From positions 9,755 to 73,754 of the forward strand of contig JAXMDS010000004.1 in the NCBI GenBank assembly GCA_046348705.1: a DNA stretch of 64,000 nucleotides, in the 5' to 3' direction. The position numbers and the translations under genes were made by a program. Numbering within the stretch: the first letter of the stretch is position 1; each line of letters starts with the position of its first letter. The DNA comes from Rickettsiales bacterium. GTDB lineage: Bacteria; Pseudomonadota; Alphaproteobacteria; Rickettsiales; Rickettsiaceae. Positions 9,589 to 20,219 of this stretch are shown here, piece by piece. Below the pieces are notes generated by a model. The model was given only the letters and a program-made list of their open reading frames with translations, searched no databases and was not told where the DNA came from.

Positions 9589-10176
9589 TTATATGGTAAA
9601 TGGCATTACAATATGTTTTTGATTCAAATATTTACCACGTTTATCTGCATAAGATATTTCGCATGGCTGATCGCCTTTAAAAAATAAAAATTGACAAATA
9701 CCTTCATTAGGATAAATATATACTGGCAATTCTGCTGTATTTGAAATTTCAATTACAATATGACCAGAACATCCTGCTTCTACAGGGGTAACATTTATAA
9801 TAATCCCGCATCTTGCATAAGTAGATTTACCAATGCAAATAACAGAAACATCACGTGGAATATTAAATCTTTCTTTAGTTAAACCAAGTAAGAAGCCTTG
9901 AGGTTGCAAAATAATAGGTTTATCTGTTTTAAAAGTATCTATAATTTGATCATTTGGTATTTTAGGATCGATAATATCTTGACCATTAAAAGATGATTTA
10001 TTACTTGGTTTGTATTGTGTAAAATTTTCTGATAATCTTGCATCATAACCATAAGATCCTAAACCATAAGAAATTACTTTTTTATTATTATGTTCTGAAA
10101 CTTGCTTTTCTACAAAGTCTTCAATCATATTGAAATCTTGACAATATTTCTTGATTGTTTTGTCAGATAGTATCAT
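9589..10176 (-). CDS. dcd: dCTP deaminase
   Basis: MILSDKTIKK N-terminus, SYGLGSYGYDARL, NVTPVEAGCSGHIVIEISN, YADKRGKYLNQ. Confidence 0.85.
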   Translation of the reverse strand: MILSDKTIKKYCQDFNMIEDFVEKQVSEHNNKKVISYGLGSYGYDARLSENFTQYKPSNKSSFNGQDIIDPKIPNDQIIDTFKTDKPIILQPQGFLLGLTKERFNIPRDVSVICIGKSTYARCGIIINVTPVEAGCSGHIVIEISNTAELPVYIYPNEGICQFLFFKGDQPCEISYADKRGKYLNQKHIVMPFTI

Positions 10177-10303
10177 ACTAATTATATTTTTTAGAATTAT
10201 GTAAAAAATATAATACTATATATTATATTGATATCAAAAAAAAATAAAAAAAAGATAAAATAATTATTAAATAAAAATTAAATAATATATAAAAATATAT
10301 TTT

Positions 10304-11899
10304 ATGAGTATAGATGATAAAATATTAGCTAAAAATAGTAAAAAAACTGAACAACAAAAAACTATCTCTAAAAGCAATAAAAATAATAATAATCAAATTT
10401 TAGATAAAGATAATAAAATTTTAAATTTTAGTTATTATGAAGAAGGAATTGTGACTAGTTCTGTTGATGGAATTGTATTAGTATTTGGTTTACAAAATGC
10501 ATTTATTGGTGAAAAAATTGAAATAATTGCAAACAAAGATAGAACAAATGTTATTGCAATTGGGATAGTTATGAATCTTGATGAAGCTAGCGTTAGTATT
10601 GTATTAATAAATGGAAAAGCAGAAGAAGGGGATTATGCAATTAAAACAAATAAGAAATTTACAGTTAAAATTGGTAAAGGTATTTTAGGTAGAGTTTTAA
10701 ATGGACAAGGCGACCCAATTGATGGCTTAGGAGAAATTAAAGGTGAATTAATAGATACTAATATCGAGCAAAATGCAGCAGGTATAATTGATAGACAAAG
10801 TGTATGCGAACCACTTTATACTGGTATTAAAATTATCGATGCTTTAATTCCTATAGGTAAAGGTCAAAGAGAATTAATAATAGGCGATAGACAAACTGGT
10901 AAATCAACAATTGCAATAGATACAGTTTTAAATCAGAAAAATAATAAAAATAAACCAGTATATTGTATTTATGTTTTTATAGGTCAGCGTCAAGATGAAG
11001 TGAAAAGATTACATGCAAAATTAATAGAGAGCGGTAGTATGGCATATACTACTATCATTTCCGCTTCTTCTTCCGAATCTGCAATGTCGCAATTTTTAGC
11101 CCCTTATGTTGGAACTGCAATAGGAGAGTATTTTATGTATAATGGCGATGATGCATTAATTATTTATGACGATTTAAGTAAACACGCTGCAAGTTATAGA
11201 GAAATTTCATTATTATTAAAAAGACCTCCAGGACGCGAAGCATATCCTGGTGATGTTTTTTATATTCATTCTAAACTGCTAGAAAGAGCAGCAAAATTAT
11301 CAGATAAAATGGGAGGAGGATCATTAACAGCGTTGCCAATTATTGAAACAAAAGGCGGGGATGTTTCAGGATATATTTCAACTAATGTTATTTCAATTAC
11401 TGATGGTCAGATAATTTTGGATATGGATTTATTTAATAAAGGTATTAAACCCGCTATTAATATTGGCCTATCTGTTAGTCGTGTAGGATCTAGCGCTCAA
11501 ACTAAAACTATGGCTCAAATTGCTGGCAGTGTTAAAGTAAGCTTAGCGCAATATTATGAAATTGCTCAATTTGCTCAATTTGGATCAGACTTAGATGAGC
11601 AAACTCAAAACTTGTTAAATAATGGTAGAAAAATTGTTTATAGTATATGCCAAAAACAAAATTCACCTATTAAAGCAGAATATCAAATATTAATTTTATT
11701 CCTTGCGATTCAAAAATATTTAGATAAATATACAGAAAATGAAATAGATAAAATACAATCAAAATTATTTCAATATTTTGAATATTGTGAAACTTACCCT
11801 AATTTTTATGAAAAAATATTATCAGGTAAAAAATTAGATAAAGATCAATTAGAAAGTATGCATATCTTTATGAAAAACTTTTTATTAGATATTCAATAA
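10304..11899 (+). CDS. atpA: F1 ATP synthase alpha subunit with a roughly 40-aa Lys/Asn-rich N-terminal extension
   Basis: GDRQTGKSTIAIDT (Walker A), ALIIYDDLSKHAASYREISLLLKRPPGREAYPGDVFYIHSKLLERAA, GGGSLTALPIIET. Confidence 0.95.
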   Translation: MSIDDKILAKNSKKTEQQKTISKSNKNNNNQILDKDNKILNFSYYEEGIVTSSVDGIVLVFGLQNAFIGEKIEIIANKDRTNVIAIGIVMNLDEASVSIVLINGKAEEGDYAIKTNKKFTVKIGKGILGRVLNGQGDPIDGLGEIKGELIDTNIEQNAAGIIDRQSVCEPLYTGIKIIDALIPIGKGQRELIIGDRQTGKSTIAIDTVLNQKNNKNKPVYCIYVFIGQRQDEVKRLHAKLIESGSMAYTTIISASSSESAMSQFLAPYVGTAIGEYFMYNGDDALIIYDDLSKHAASYREISLLLKRPPGREAYPGDVFYIHSKLLERAAKLSDKMGGGSLTALPIIETKGGDVSGYISTNVISITDGQIILDMDLFNKGIKPAINIGLSVSRVGSSAQTKTMAQIAGSVKVSLAQYYEIAQFAQFGSDLDEQTQNLLNNGRKIVYSICQKQNSPIKAEYQILILFLAIQKYLDKYTENEIDKIQSKLFQYFEYCETYPNFYEKILSGKKLDKDQLESMHIFMKNFLLDIQ

Positions 11900-12053
11900 T
11901 AATAATAATAATATTAATAATATATTAAGTTAAAATTTTTAAGCTAATCTAAAATAAATAGATTAAAATTTGATTAATAACTTAATAAGCTTATATAAAT
12001 ATTTTAGTATTTTAAAATTCAATTTAATTAACTATATAAAATTATATTTTTAA

Positions 12054-12722
12054 TTATAATAAAAATTTAGAATTTTTTAACTCTTTTATATTTCTAGCAA
12101 CTGAATTTTCAAAAACTTGATCATTAATCTTAATTTTAATACCTTTAATTAAATTTTCATCTAATTCAAATTGTAATTTAATTGGTTTATTAATTTGTTT
12201 ATTTTTTAAATAATTTATTAATTGTTCTAATTCATATGATATTTTATAAGGTTTTTTATTGAAATTTAAATTATAATCATTTTCTAATAAATCTTCATTT
12301 GCAATTTCATTTAATATTTTATTTTTATCTGAATTAGAATTTTTATTGAAATTTGTATTATAATCGTCAATTTGATTTTGTATTAATTCAAAGTCTAATA
12401 AATTAAATTGTTTTGTATAATAAATAATAATTTTTTGACTAATTAAATTTTCAATTAAATTATATAATTTTTGAATTAAATGAAAACATTTCTTATCAAT
12501 TAATATTTTTACTATATTTTTATTTATATCGGACAATTGTAAAAAACTATCTAAATTTAAAATTTTATTAAGTAAAAATTTTGGTATACCTGGTTTTAAA
12601 AAAATAAAATTAATTTTATTATAAAAATTTTTTAATTCTACAAAATCTTTTTTATTAGCAATTTGAACAAAATTTTTAGCGCTACCTTGTAATATTTTAT
12701 TTATATCTGCAATTTTTTTCAT
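12054..12722 (-). CDS. atpH: F1 ATP synthase delta (OSCP) subunit, divergent, with Asn-rich insertion
   Basis: The C-terminus LDENLIKGIKIKINDQVFENSVARNIKELK matches the delta-subunit signature (D..liGG..v.vgd.v.D.Sv...L..L). Length and helical N-terminus are compatible. Confidence 0.55.
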   Translation of the reverse strand: MKKIADINKILQGSAKNFVQIANKKDFVELKNFYNKINFIFLKPGIPKFLLNKILNLDSFLQLSDINKNIVKILIDKKCFHLIQKLYNLIENLISQKIIIYYTKQFNLLDFELIQNQIDDYNTNFNKNSNSDKNKILNEIANEDLLENDYNLNFNKKPYKISYELEQLINYLKNKQINKPIKLQFELDENLIKGIKIKINDQVFENSVARNIKELKNSKFLL

Positions 12723-13316
12723 AAAAATTAATTATTTTAATATATTTTTAATTATATAATAAAATTAAAAAATATTAGTAGCAAATTTGCATCGAATTTT
12801 AATTAATTAAACACTGTGCTATATTATCCATTGTAGTTGATAAAAATTATGATATATTAATATATATATAATTTAATTATTATATATTCAAAAATAATTA
12901 AGAACTTAATTGTTAAAAATACTTTTTTAATAATTAATATTTTTAATAAAATTTTTTAAATCTTAAATAAAAAATTTACATTATATGAAGCAAAATAAAA
13001 TTAATATACAAAAAAATAAAAAATACTTTTAATAAAATACGCAAAAAAACATCTAATAATAATAAAACAATTCAAAGTAGTAATTTATCTAGTAAAAGTA
13101 AAATTAATAATATATTATTAAAAGATATTACTTTAAATTATAATAAAAACCTATTGATATTTTAGATAATAGTCTGATAGAAAAAATAAAATTAAAAAGA
13201 AAAATGAACCAATCGCAAAAGAAATAAGTATAAATAATATAAATATGAGATTATTAATTTTAAATAGTAGTATTAATAAATTTGGAGTAACAAATATTAA
13301 ATTATAAATATAAAAT

Positions 13317-13637
13317 ATGGGCATAGATCCTAATTTTGATTTTAATAAAACAAATAAAGAAGTGTTTGAAAAAGTAAAAAAACCAGTAAAAGTTAGCAGA
13401 ATTTCATTAAAACTTTTAGAATATAAATTTAGATATTTATTGATAACTTTAAGTTTGCCTCTAGTTTTATTAATTTTATCAAAACTATATCAGTTAGGAA
13501 TAATAGATTATTTAGAAAGAATTATTATAAAACAATATGCACTTACAACAAATGTAGTTAGTATATGCATGACAAAAGAAAATTTTGCAAATATGAATAT
13601 ATTTTTTAAATGCATTAATACTATTTCTAAATATTAA
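13317..13637 (+). CDS. Hypothetical small membrane protein; possibly a truncated remnant
   Basis: ORF with one hydrophobic helix (YLLITLSLPLVLLILSKLY). The upstream 350 bp contains several short broken frames. There is no motif support. Confidence 0.25.
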   Translation: MGIDPNFDFNKTNKEVFEKVKKPVKVSRISLKLLEYKFRYLLITLSLPLVLLILSKLYQLGIIDYLERIIIKQYALTTNVVSICMTKENFANMNIFFKCINTISKY

Positions 13638-13837
13638 TTATTTTATTTGATATAAAAATCTATATTAAAATATTAAAGAAAAATTAAAAATAGTATATAC
13701 TAAAAAATGTATTTTATTTATCATAAATTAAATATTTTAATACAAATTAAATATCTATAAAAGATAATATCTATTAAATTATAGATTTTTTTAAAACAAT
13801 ATATTATAATTAATATATATACTAATAATTAGAAAAT

Positions 13838-15688
13838 ATGAAATTATCAAAATTTTTTAAATTTAAACTATATATTTTATCTTATTTAAATTTGATAGTT
13901 TTTATTAATAATACAAATATTTATAGTAACCCTATAAATACTAATATTGACAAAGTTATACAAAATGAAAATCTTAATAATAAAAATATTGATAATAATC
14001 AAGATGCTAATACTTTAAATTTAAATTCTTCTAATATAATCAATAACTTAACAATAGAAGACAATGTAATAAAAAACTATAAAAAAAATGCTTCTTTATG
14101 CAATAAAGATAATTTAAATAATTTTACAACTCAAGAATTATCTGATAAGCTATTACAAGTAAGCGCATCTATTAAAGCTTATAAACAAGAAAATTATTTC
14201 AAAGTAAATGAAGTGAAATTTTTTAATAATTTTTTAAAAAGTAAGTTATTAGATAATGATTTGTTTAATCAAGATAGTTTAGTAATGGGGTCTGGTGTTT
14301 TTATCGATTTAGAAAAAAAACTATATGCAAATTTTTTTGAAGCTAATACAATTACTAATCAAGAATTTTTGAATAATTTTTACGCCCAATTAGAAAATCA
14401 AAATATTAATAATAAAAAACAATATCTTTTAACAAATTACCATATTGTAGAAAATTCATCTAATATTTTTTTACAATTATATAAAAATCCAAATCTTAAC
14501 TTAAAAGCAAATATTTTAACATTTAATAAGCAATTAGATTTAAGTTTATTAGAATTTGAACATGATGCTAAATTATCAACTATTGAATTTGATTTAGCAA
14601 AAGATACAGGGCAGGATATATTATTGCTTGGTAGTCCTTTTGGATTAGATTTTACAATTGCAAAAGGTATTATTTCTTATAAAGATCGAGTTATTAATAG
14701 CTCTGCAAATATTAATTTTAATAATAATGCTATTAATTCTAATAACAATACTAATATTGATAATACTAGTATTGAAGATCATCAAATTAAATATTTGCAA
14801 ATTGATTCATTAATTAATCATGGCAATTCAGGTGGGCCAATTTTTAATTATAATGGAAAATTAATTGGAATACTCAGCGGAATATTTGCTTTTAATAATA
14901 TAGAAACTGGAATTGGTCTTGGAATACCTACTTCTAGCTTAAATTATTTTATTGATTCTTGCTCTTGGAATGGTTTAGATTTTGGTATAGAATATGAAGA
15001 TTTTACTTTAAATAAAAAAGCAAATTCTAATATAGAGTTAAATAATATTAAAGATAATCCTTTTGGTATTATAATTAAAAATATTGAAAAAGGTAGCATA
15101 GCAGAAAAAATTGGTTTATTACAAAATGATAGAATATTATTCTATAATAATAAGCCAGTTTACAATACTAAAATCTTTAATTTTTTAACGCATAATGCAA
15201 AAGCAAATGATGTTATTACTTTAGAAGTTATGCGACAAGATAAAGTAGTTACACTTAAAAGTGAAATTCCTGCTGTTAGTATAAATAATTATGTAGAATA
15301 TAAAGGAATTAAATTTGCAAATATTACAACTAATTTATTAAATAAATATAAATTTAATAATAAAAATGATAATAATTTAAAAGGTATTATAGTTATTGAA
15401 GTGCCTTCTACGTTTCCTGGAAACTTATTAAAGGAAGGATATATAGTAACTGCTATTAATAAAAAAGATATTAAAAATTTAGATGATTTGAATGCAAGCA
15501 TTAAAGAATTAGAAAAATCTAAAGATAAAATTAATGCAGTTTTTAATATAAGAGATGCAGCTGGAACTGGGACAATTTCATTTTTTAATAACAAAATAAG
15601 CAAATCAGATAATTCTCAAGATAAAAAAAATAGTTCTCAGGGTTATAAATTTCAATATACTTCAGAGTCTAGTTCGGAATCAAAGTAA
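13838..15688 (+). CDS. htrA: HtrA/DegP-family periplasmic serine protease with PDZ domains, long Asn-rich N-terminal region and insertions
   Basis: Signal-like N-terminus. Catalytic triad contexts: LLTNYHIVENS (His), LDLSLLEF (Asp), INHGNSGGPIFN (Ser). Two PDZ-like segments (GIIIKNIEKGSIAEKIGLLQNDRIL; GIIVIEV...GYIVTAINKKDI). Confidence 0.85.
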   Translation: MKLSKFFKFKLYILSYLNLIVFINNTNIYSNPINTNIDKVIQNENLNNKNIDNNQDANTLNLNSSNIINNLTIEDNVIKNYKKNASLCNKDNLNNFTTQELSDKLLQVSASIKAYKQENYFKVNEVKFFNNFLKSKLLDNDLFNQDSLVMGSGVFIDLEKKLYANFFEANTITNQEFLNNFYAQLENQNINNKKQYLLTNYHIVENSSNIFLQLYKNPNLNLKANILTFNKQLDLSLLEFEHDAKLSTIEFDLAKDTGQDILLLGSPFGLDFTIAKGIISYKDRVINSSANINFNNNAINSNNNTNIDNTSIEDHQIKYLQIDSLINHGNSGGPIFNYNGKLIGILSGIFAFNNIETGIGLGIPTSSLNYFIDSCSWNGLDFGIEYEDFTLNKKANSNIELNNIKDNPFGIIIKNIEKGSIAEKIGLLQNDRILFYNNKPVYNTKIFNFLTHNAKANDVITLEVMRQDKVVTLKSEIPAVSINNYVEYKGIKFANITTNLLNKYKFNNKNDNNLKGIIVIEVPSTFPGNLLKEGYIVTAINKKDIKNLDDLNASIKELEKSKDKINAVFNIRDAAGTGTISFFNNKISKSDNSQDKKNSSQGYKFQYTSESSSESK

Positions 15689-15768
15689 AGTAATTAATAA
15701 AATAATATATTCAATACACTTCGGAGTCCAGTTCGGAATCAAAGTAAAGTAATTAATAAAATAATTAA
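15651..15768. repeat. 59-bp tandem duplication spanning the htrA stop codon
   Basis: TTCAATATACTTCAGAGTCTAGTTCGGAATCAAAGTAAAGTAATTAATAAAATAAT (from 15651) recurs as TTCAATACACTTCGGAGTCCAGTTCGGAATCAAAGTAAAGTAATTAATAAAATAAT (from 15710). The stop TAA is at 15686..15688. Confidence 0.9.
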
Positions 15769-16052
15769 ATAATTACTAATAAAGAAAAAAATAATTTTTA
15801 AGTTATAAATTTTGATGCGATTCCTAAATATACTTTTTAATTGCAATAAAGTAATTATAAAGTTATATACATTTTAAGATTTAATAGTTTAAAAAAAATA
15901 ACATAAAAAAATTAGAGAACAAAAAATATATTAAATTAATTAATGATATAAATTCAATATATTTAAAAACTTAAATATACTTACTAAAGTAGTTCATATT
16001 ACTTAACCTAAACTATATTTTTTGATATAATTTGATAGTATTAATAAATATT

Positions 16053-17372
16053 ATGATGCATCGTTCTTTTGCTTATTTAAGTTCTGCAAACTTAATTCAT
16101 AATGCAAAAATCATTCGCAAATTAGCTTTAAACTCAAAAGTAATAATTGCAGTTAAATCAAATGCATATGGACACGGTATTAGATCTGTTAGTAAAATTT
16201 TAGATGAAGAATTTGCAATAATTAATTTAAAAAACACTAAATTAATAGATGGATTTGGAGTATCTTCATTAGAAGAGGCATTAATTTTGAAAAGTATTAA
16301 TATTAAATCTGAAATCTTATTAATGCAAGGACTTTTATCTAAAGAGGATTTATTAACTGGAATTAAGAATAATTTTAGCATTGTATTTCATCATTTTGAG
16401 CAAATTAAATGGTTAATAGAATTAATTTTCTATGACAATCTCAATATTGATAATTTACAAATATGGTTTAAAATTAATACCGGAATGAATAGATTAGGTT
16501 TTCAGATTTTAAATCAAGAAAGTAATGATACTTTAAATATTGATAAAACAAATAATAATAGTTTATTTGATAAAAAAAATATTAACGCTAATAATTTAGT
16601 AGACTTATTAAATTATATCGATAATAATTTAATGCAAAATAATAATGCACAAGAGGCATTTCAAATTTTAGAAAGAATTTTAAATTACGCTAAATCTAAA
16701 AAAAATAAAATTATTGTTATGTCTCATTTTGCAGCATCCGATAATAAATTAGCAGAATCTAATCAAAAACAAATAAATAAATTTTTAGAATTCACACAAA
16801 ATAAAGATTGTTATAAAAGCTTTTGCAATTCAGGTGGAGTTATTAATTTTGATAATATGCATTTTGACTATGTTAGACCAGGCATTATGTTGTATGGGGT
16901 TGATCCTACATCTTTAAATATTAAAAAAAATAAAGATAATAAAAATATTATAATTAAAAAAGATCTTGCCCAATTAAATTTAAAACCTGTTTTAACAGAA
17001 TTAGGATCATATGTTATAAGTATACAAAATGTTAAAAAAGGAGAAGGTATTGGATATAATCATAAATATATTGCAAAAAAAGATATCATAGTAGCTTCAA
17101 TAGGTATAGGATATGGTGATGGTTATAAATTTATAATAAATAAAGGATTTGTTTGTATAAATGAACAAAATTTTCCAATTATAGGCTCAATTAGCATGGA
17201 TATTATTACAATAGACATTACAAAAACTAAAAATAAAATTTCTATAGGAGATAAAGCATACCTAATTAATCAAAATAAATTAAATATTGTTTATGTTGCT
17301 AAAACATTAAAAACTCATGTTTGGAATTTATTATCTAATATTCAAAATAGAGTTAAATATATTTGGAGTTAA
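16053..17372 (+). CDS. alr: Alanine racemase with Asn-rich insertions
   Basis: AVKSNAYGHGI (PLP-lysine motif), WFKINTGMNRLGF, MSHFA, VRPGIMLYG, IGYGDGY. I prefer the ATG at 16053 over the TTG at 16032 used in the ORF track. Confidence 0.85.
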   Translation: MMHRSFAYLSSANLIHNAKIIRKLALNSKVIIAVKSNAYGHGIRSVSKILDEEFAIINLKNTKLIDGFGVSSLEEALILKSINIKSEILLMQGLLSKEDLLTGIKNNFSIVFHHFEQIKWLIELIFYDNLNIDNLQIWFKINTGMNRLGFQILNQESNDTLNIDKTNNNSLFDKKNINANNLVDLLNYIDNNLMQNNNAQEAFQILERILNYAKSKKNKIIVMSHFAASDNKLAESNQKQINKFLEFTQNKDCYKSFCNSGGVINFDNMHFDYVRPGIMLYGVDPTSLNIKKNKDNKNIIIKKDLAQLNLKPVLTELGSYVISIQNVKKGEGIGYNHKYIAKKDIIVASIGIGYGDGYKFIINKGFVCINEQNFPIIGSISMDIITIDITKTKNKISIGDKAYLINQNKLNIVYVAKTLKTHVWNLLSNIQNRVKYIWS

Positions 17373-17546
17373 CATTTAATGTAAAATCCATATATTATTT
17401 ATTTATTTATTTATTTATTTTTAATGCATAAATAATTTTTTAAATAATAATTTTGCCTTACTTTGATGCTTAAATAATCTACTGTATAAGTAATATATTG
17501 TATACTTAAGCAATATCTTAAATTAATTAATTAATTTAATTGTTTT

Positions 17547-19481
17547 ATGCTTAATTTAAATATAAATAGAAATAAAATATTTTTGACTTTCTTTGCTGGA
17601 ATCATTTCCTCTTTAAGTTTCGCTCCTTTATATTTTTTTTTAGGCCCAATAATCGGTGTTGGATTTTTATTTTTTATATTAAATAAAGAAAATAATTTAA
17701 AATCTTTACTTTTTGGTTATGTTTATGGGCTTGGATATTATTTATGTTTATTATATTGGGTTGGGATAGCTGTAAAATTTGAAGATTATTTTTATTTATT
17801 ATATATATTAATTACAATTGGTTTAGCGCTTATTTTATCTGTATTTTTTATAATATTTGCATATATTTATTTACTCTTTAAAAAAGCATTAAATAAATTA
17901 ACAAATTTAAATTTAGATCCTTTAATTTTTGCAATAAGCTGGGTATTTATTGAATATTTAAGAACATTTATCCCATTTGGTGGATTTCCTTGGGGATTAA
18001 TTTCTTATAGTTGTTGGTTTTCATTAGAAATATTACAAATTATTAGTATAATTGGTGAATTAGGCTTATCTTTTATATTATGTTTTGTTATTTGTTTATT
18101 TATAAAAGCCTTGCAATCAATAAACAAAATAGAAAAAATATTCAATTTATTTATTGCAGTAATAATAATTGCTAGTTTATATATATTTGGATATTTTAGA
18201 ATAAAAAGTAACTCAATTGAATTTACTGATATAAAAATTAACTTAATACAAATGTCATTAAATGATCATGATATAATTGAAAAACTTAAAAAAGATGTAA
18301 ATAATTACATTAAAACAGATGAATTTCAAAATATATCAAATAAATATACTGAAGACCAATATAAATCTATAGAGTGGAAAAAATATATTAATTTATCTAA
18401 TATAGTTGATAGTGAACATATTAAAATTAAAACTAAATTAGTAAACAAAATTCAAATAGGAGCAATTAATGTATTTGGAGAGGATATAAATTTTTTTCAC
18501 GATATAGATAATTTAATTTATGATAATTCGCAAAATAAATTAAAGTATAATCAATTGCAAAATAACTTAGATTCAGAAAATAATACAAATATAAGTATAA
18601 TTACAAAAAATTTGACTACAGAAGAAGATAAAAATAATAATATAAATTCGATAGATAATTCAAGTGTAAATAATAATAAAAAAATTAATAATATAAACTT
18701 AAAGAGTAGTTTAAATGCAAATAATAATGATGTAATAGTATTTTCTTGTGGAGATGTAGGAATGCAAAGTGTTACTAACCAATTAAATTTATTATCTTTA
18801 AATTTAGAAACAAAAAAATTTGAATATATAATCGGTTATGATAAGGTGCATCTTGTTCCATTTGGTGAGTATTTTCCTGAATTTTTAAATTCAAAATATT
18901 TATCAATTATAAGCGAAATTATTACTCCATTTGCTGGTTTTTATACTCCTGGAGAATTAAATCAAGATGCAATTCATTTTGAATTTAATAAACAAAAACT
19001 ATTATTCTTTCCCTCAATATGTTATGAGATTATCTTTAGCCATGAAATGAAGAAAGCATATCAGAATTGGATGTATTATATCCAAAAACATAGACTTGCC
19101 AACCAAAATAGTGACTTTAAAAAACTTAATAATCATAATTTAAAAAATTTTCATGCAATTATAAATGCAACTAATGATTCTTGGTACAGATATTCATCAG
19201 GACCATATCAACATTTACAAAATTGTATCTTTCGCGCTATAGAATTTGGAATACCAGTAATTAGAGCTGCAAAAACAGGAATATCTGCCATAATAGCGCC
19301 GAATGGACAAATAATAGCCTCTTTAGATCTTGGTAAAAAAAATAATACAATTGGATTATTACCTAAAACTTTTAAGCGTACAATCTATACTCAATATAAA
19401 TATAATGAGCTAATTTTAATACTATATATTAGTTTATTTTATATAACAATACACTTTTTATTTAAAAAAAAAGTATTATAA
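17547..19481 (+). CDS. lnt: Apolipoprotein N-acyltransferase with a roughly 150-aa Asn-rich insertion in the CN-hydrolase domain
   Basis: Multi-TM N-terminal half with FPWGL, then YDKVHLVPFGEYFP (Lys) and FFPSICYEIIF (Cys) of the nitrilase-like domain, and NDSWY...AIEFGIPVIRAAKTGISAII. Confidence 0.8.
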   Translation: MLNLNINRNKIFLTFFAGIISSLSFAPLYFFLGPIIGVGFLFFILNKENNLKSLLFGYVYGLGYYLCLLYWVGIAVKFEDYFYLLYILITIGLALILSVFFIIFAYIYLLFKKALNKLTNLNLDPLIFAISWVFIEYLRTFIPFGGFPWGLISYSCWFSLEILQIISIIGELGLSFILCFVICLFIKALQSINKIEKIFNLFIAVIIIASLYIFGYFRIKSNSIEFTDIKINLIQMSLNDHDIIEKLKKDVNNYIKTDEFQNISNKYTEDQYKSIEWKKYINLSNIVDSEHIKIKTKLVNKIQIGAINVFGEDINFFHDIDNLIYDNSQNKLKYNQLQNNLDSENNTNISIITKNLTTEEDKNNNINSIDNSSVNNNKKINNINLKSSLNANNNDVIVFSCGDVGMQSVTNQLNLLSLNLETKKFEYIIGYDKVHLVPFGEYFPEFLNSKYLSIISEIITPFAGFYTPGELNQDAIHFEFNKQKLLFFPSICYEIIFSHEMKKAYQNWMYYIQKHRLANQNSDFKKLNNHNLKNFHAIINATNDSWYRYSSGPYQHLQNCIFRAIEFGIPVIRAAKTGISAIIAPNGQIIASLDLGKKNNTIGLLPKTFKRTIYTQYKYNELILILYISLFYITIHFLFKKKVL

Positions 19482-19628
19482 TCTAAATTAATATTTATAT
19501 ATATTTTAAAATATTATAAATTAAATATATTTAAAAAATATTAATAATATTATAAAATTTTATATAATATAATAGTATTAATTTAATAAATTATTAAACA
19601 AAAATATTATCTATAATTATATTATTTA

Positions 19629-20201
19629 CTAATTATTAGAAACATTAGAGTTATCATTTACAGCGGAAACATCATCTACAGCTGAAATAATATCATTTTC
19701 TTTTGTTAAAATTGCATTTTTATCTGCTTCTGCCTGAGTACTACCTACACTTACAAAAAATCTAAATCTTTCTTCTTCAGGGCCATAAAAAACATGAAAT
19801 AATCCACATTCTTTAATTGCATTTGGAATAAATAAATTAAAATGATTAATTTTAAAATTTTGTATTTTAAGTTCTGCAGTAATTTTATCAGATAATGCTT
19901 TTGCAATCATTTTAGGTGTTACGGAACCAAAAAGCTTACCTTCATCAGAAGATTTTTCAATAAATTTAAATATATTATCAGTAAGATGATTTGCAACTTT
20001 ATTAAAAATAGAAGAAGAAATTAATTTTTTAGATTCTATTTCTTTTTTGATTTGATCAAATTTTTCTTTATTATCTTTAGTCGCAGGTAATGCTATTGAT
20101 CTAGGAAATAAACAATTTCTAGCATAACCATTTTTAACAGTTACAATGTCACCAATTTTACCTAATTTATTATTATTATTGCTTAAAAGTATTACTTGCA
20201 T
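19629..20201 (-). CDS. rplI: Ribosomal protein L9 with C-terminal extension
   Basis: MQVILLSNNNNKLGKIGDIVTVKNGYARNCLFPRSIALPATKDN. I use the internal Met at 20201 because the track start at 20222 overlaps the adjacent tRNA. Confidence 0.85.
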   Translation of the reverse strand: MQVILLSNNNNKLGKIGDIVTVKNGYARNCLFPRSIALPATKDNKEKFDQIKKEIESKKLISSSIFNKVANHLTDNIFKFIEKSSDEGKLFGSVTPKMIAKALSDKITAELKIQNFKINHFNLFIPNAIKECGLFHVFYGPEEERFRFFVSVGSTQAEADKNAILTKENDIISAVDDVSAVNDNSNVSNN

Positions 20202-20219
20202 AAAATTATATATTATATA

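Noticed and set aside
12960-13320. Several short broken frames (MKQNKINIQKNKKYF*, ...KPIDILDNSLIEKIKLKRK...), possibly remnants of a decayed gene continuing into ORF 13317..13637. The helix plus QYALTTN loosely recalls a PBP2/FtsI N-terminus.
   Set aside because: No diagnostic motif survives. In DNA this AT-rich, short Lys/Asn/Ile frames arise by chance. I kept only the ORF, as a low-confidence hypothetical.
17397-17420. (ATTT)6 microsatellite downstream of alr, and (TAA)n after the atpA stop (11896..11915)
   Set aside because: These are trivial low-complexity slippage products expected at this base composition. There is no evidence of function.
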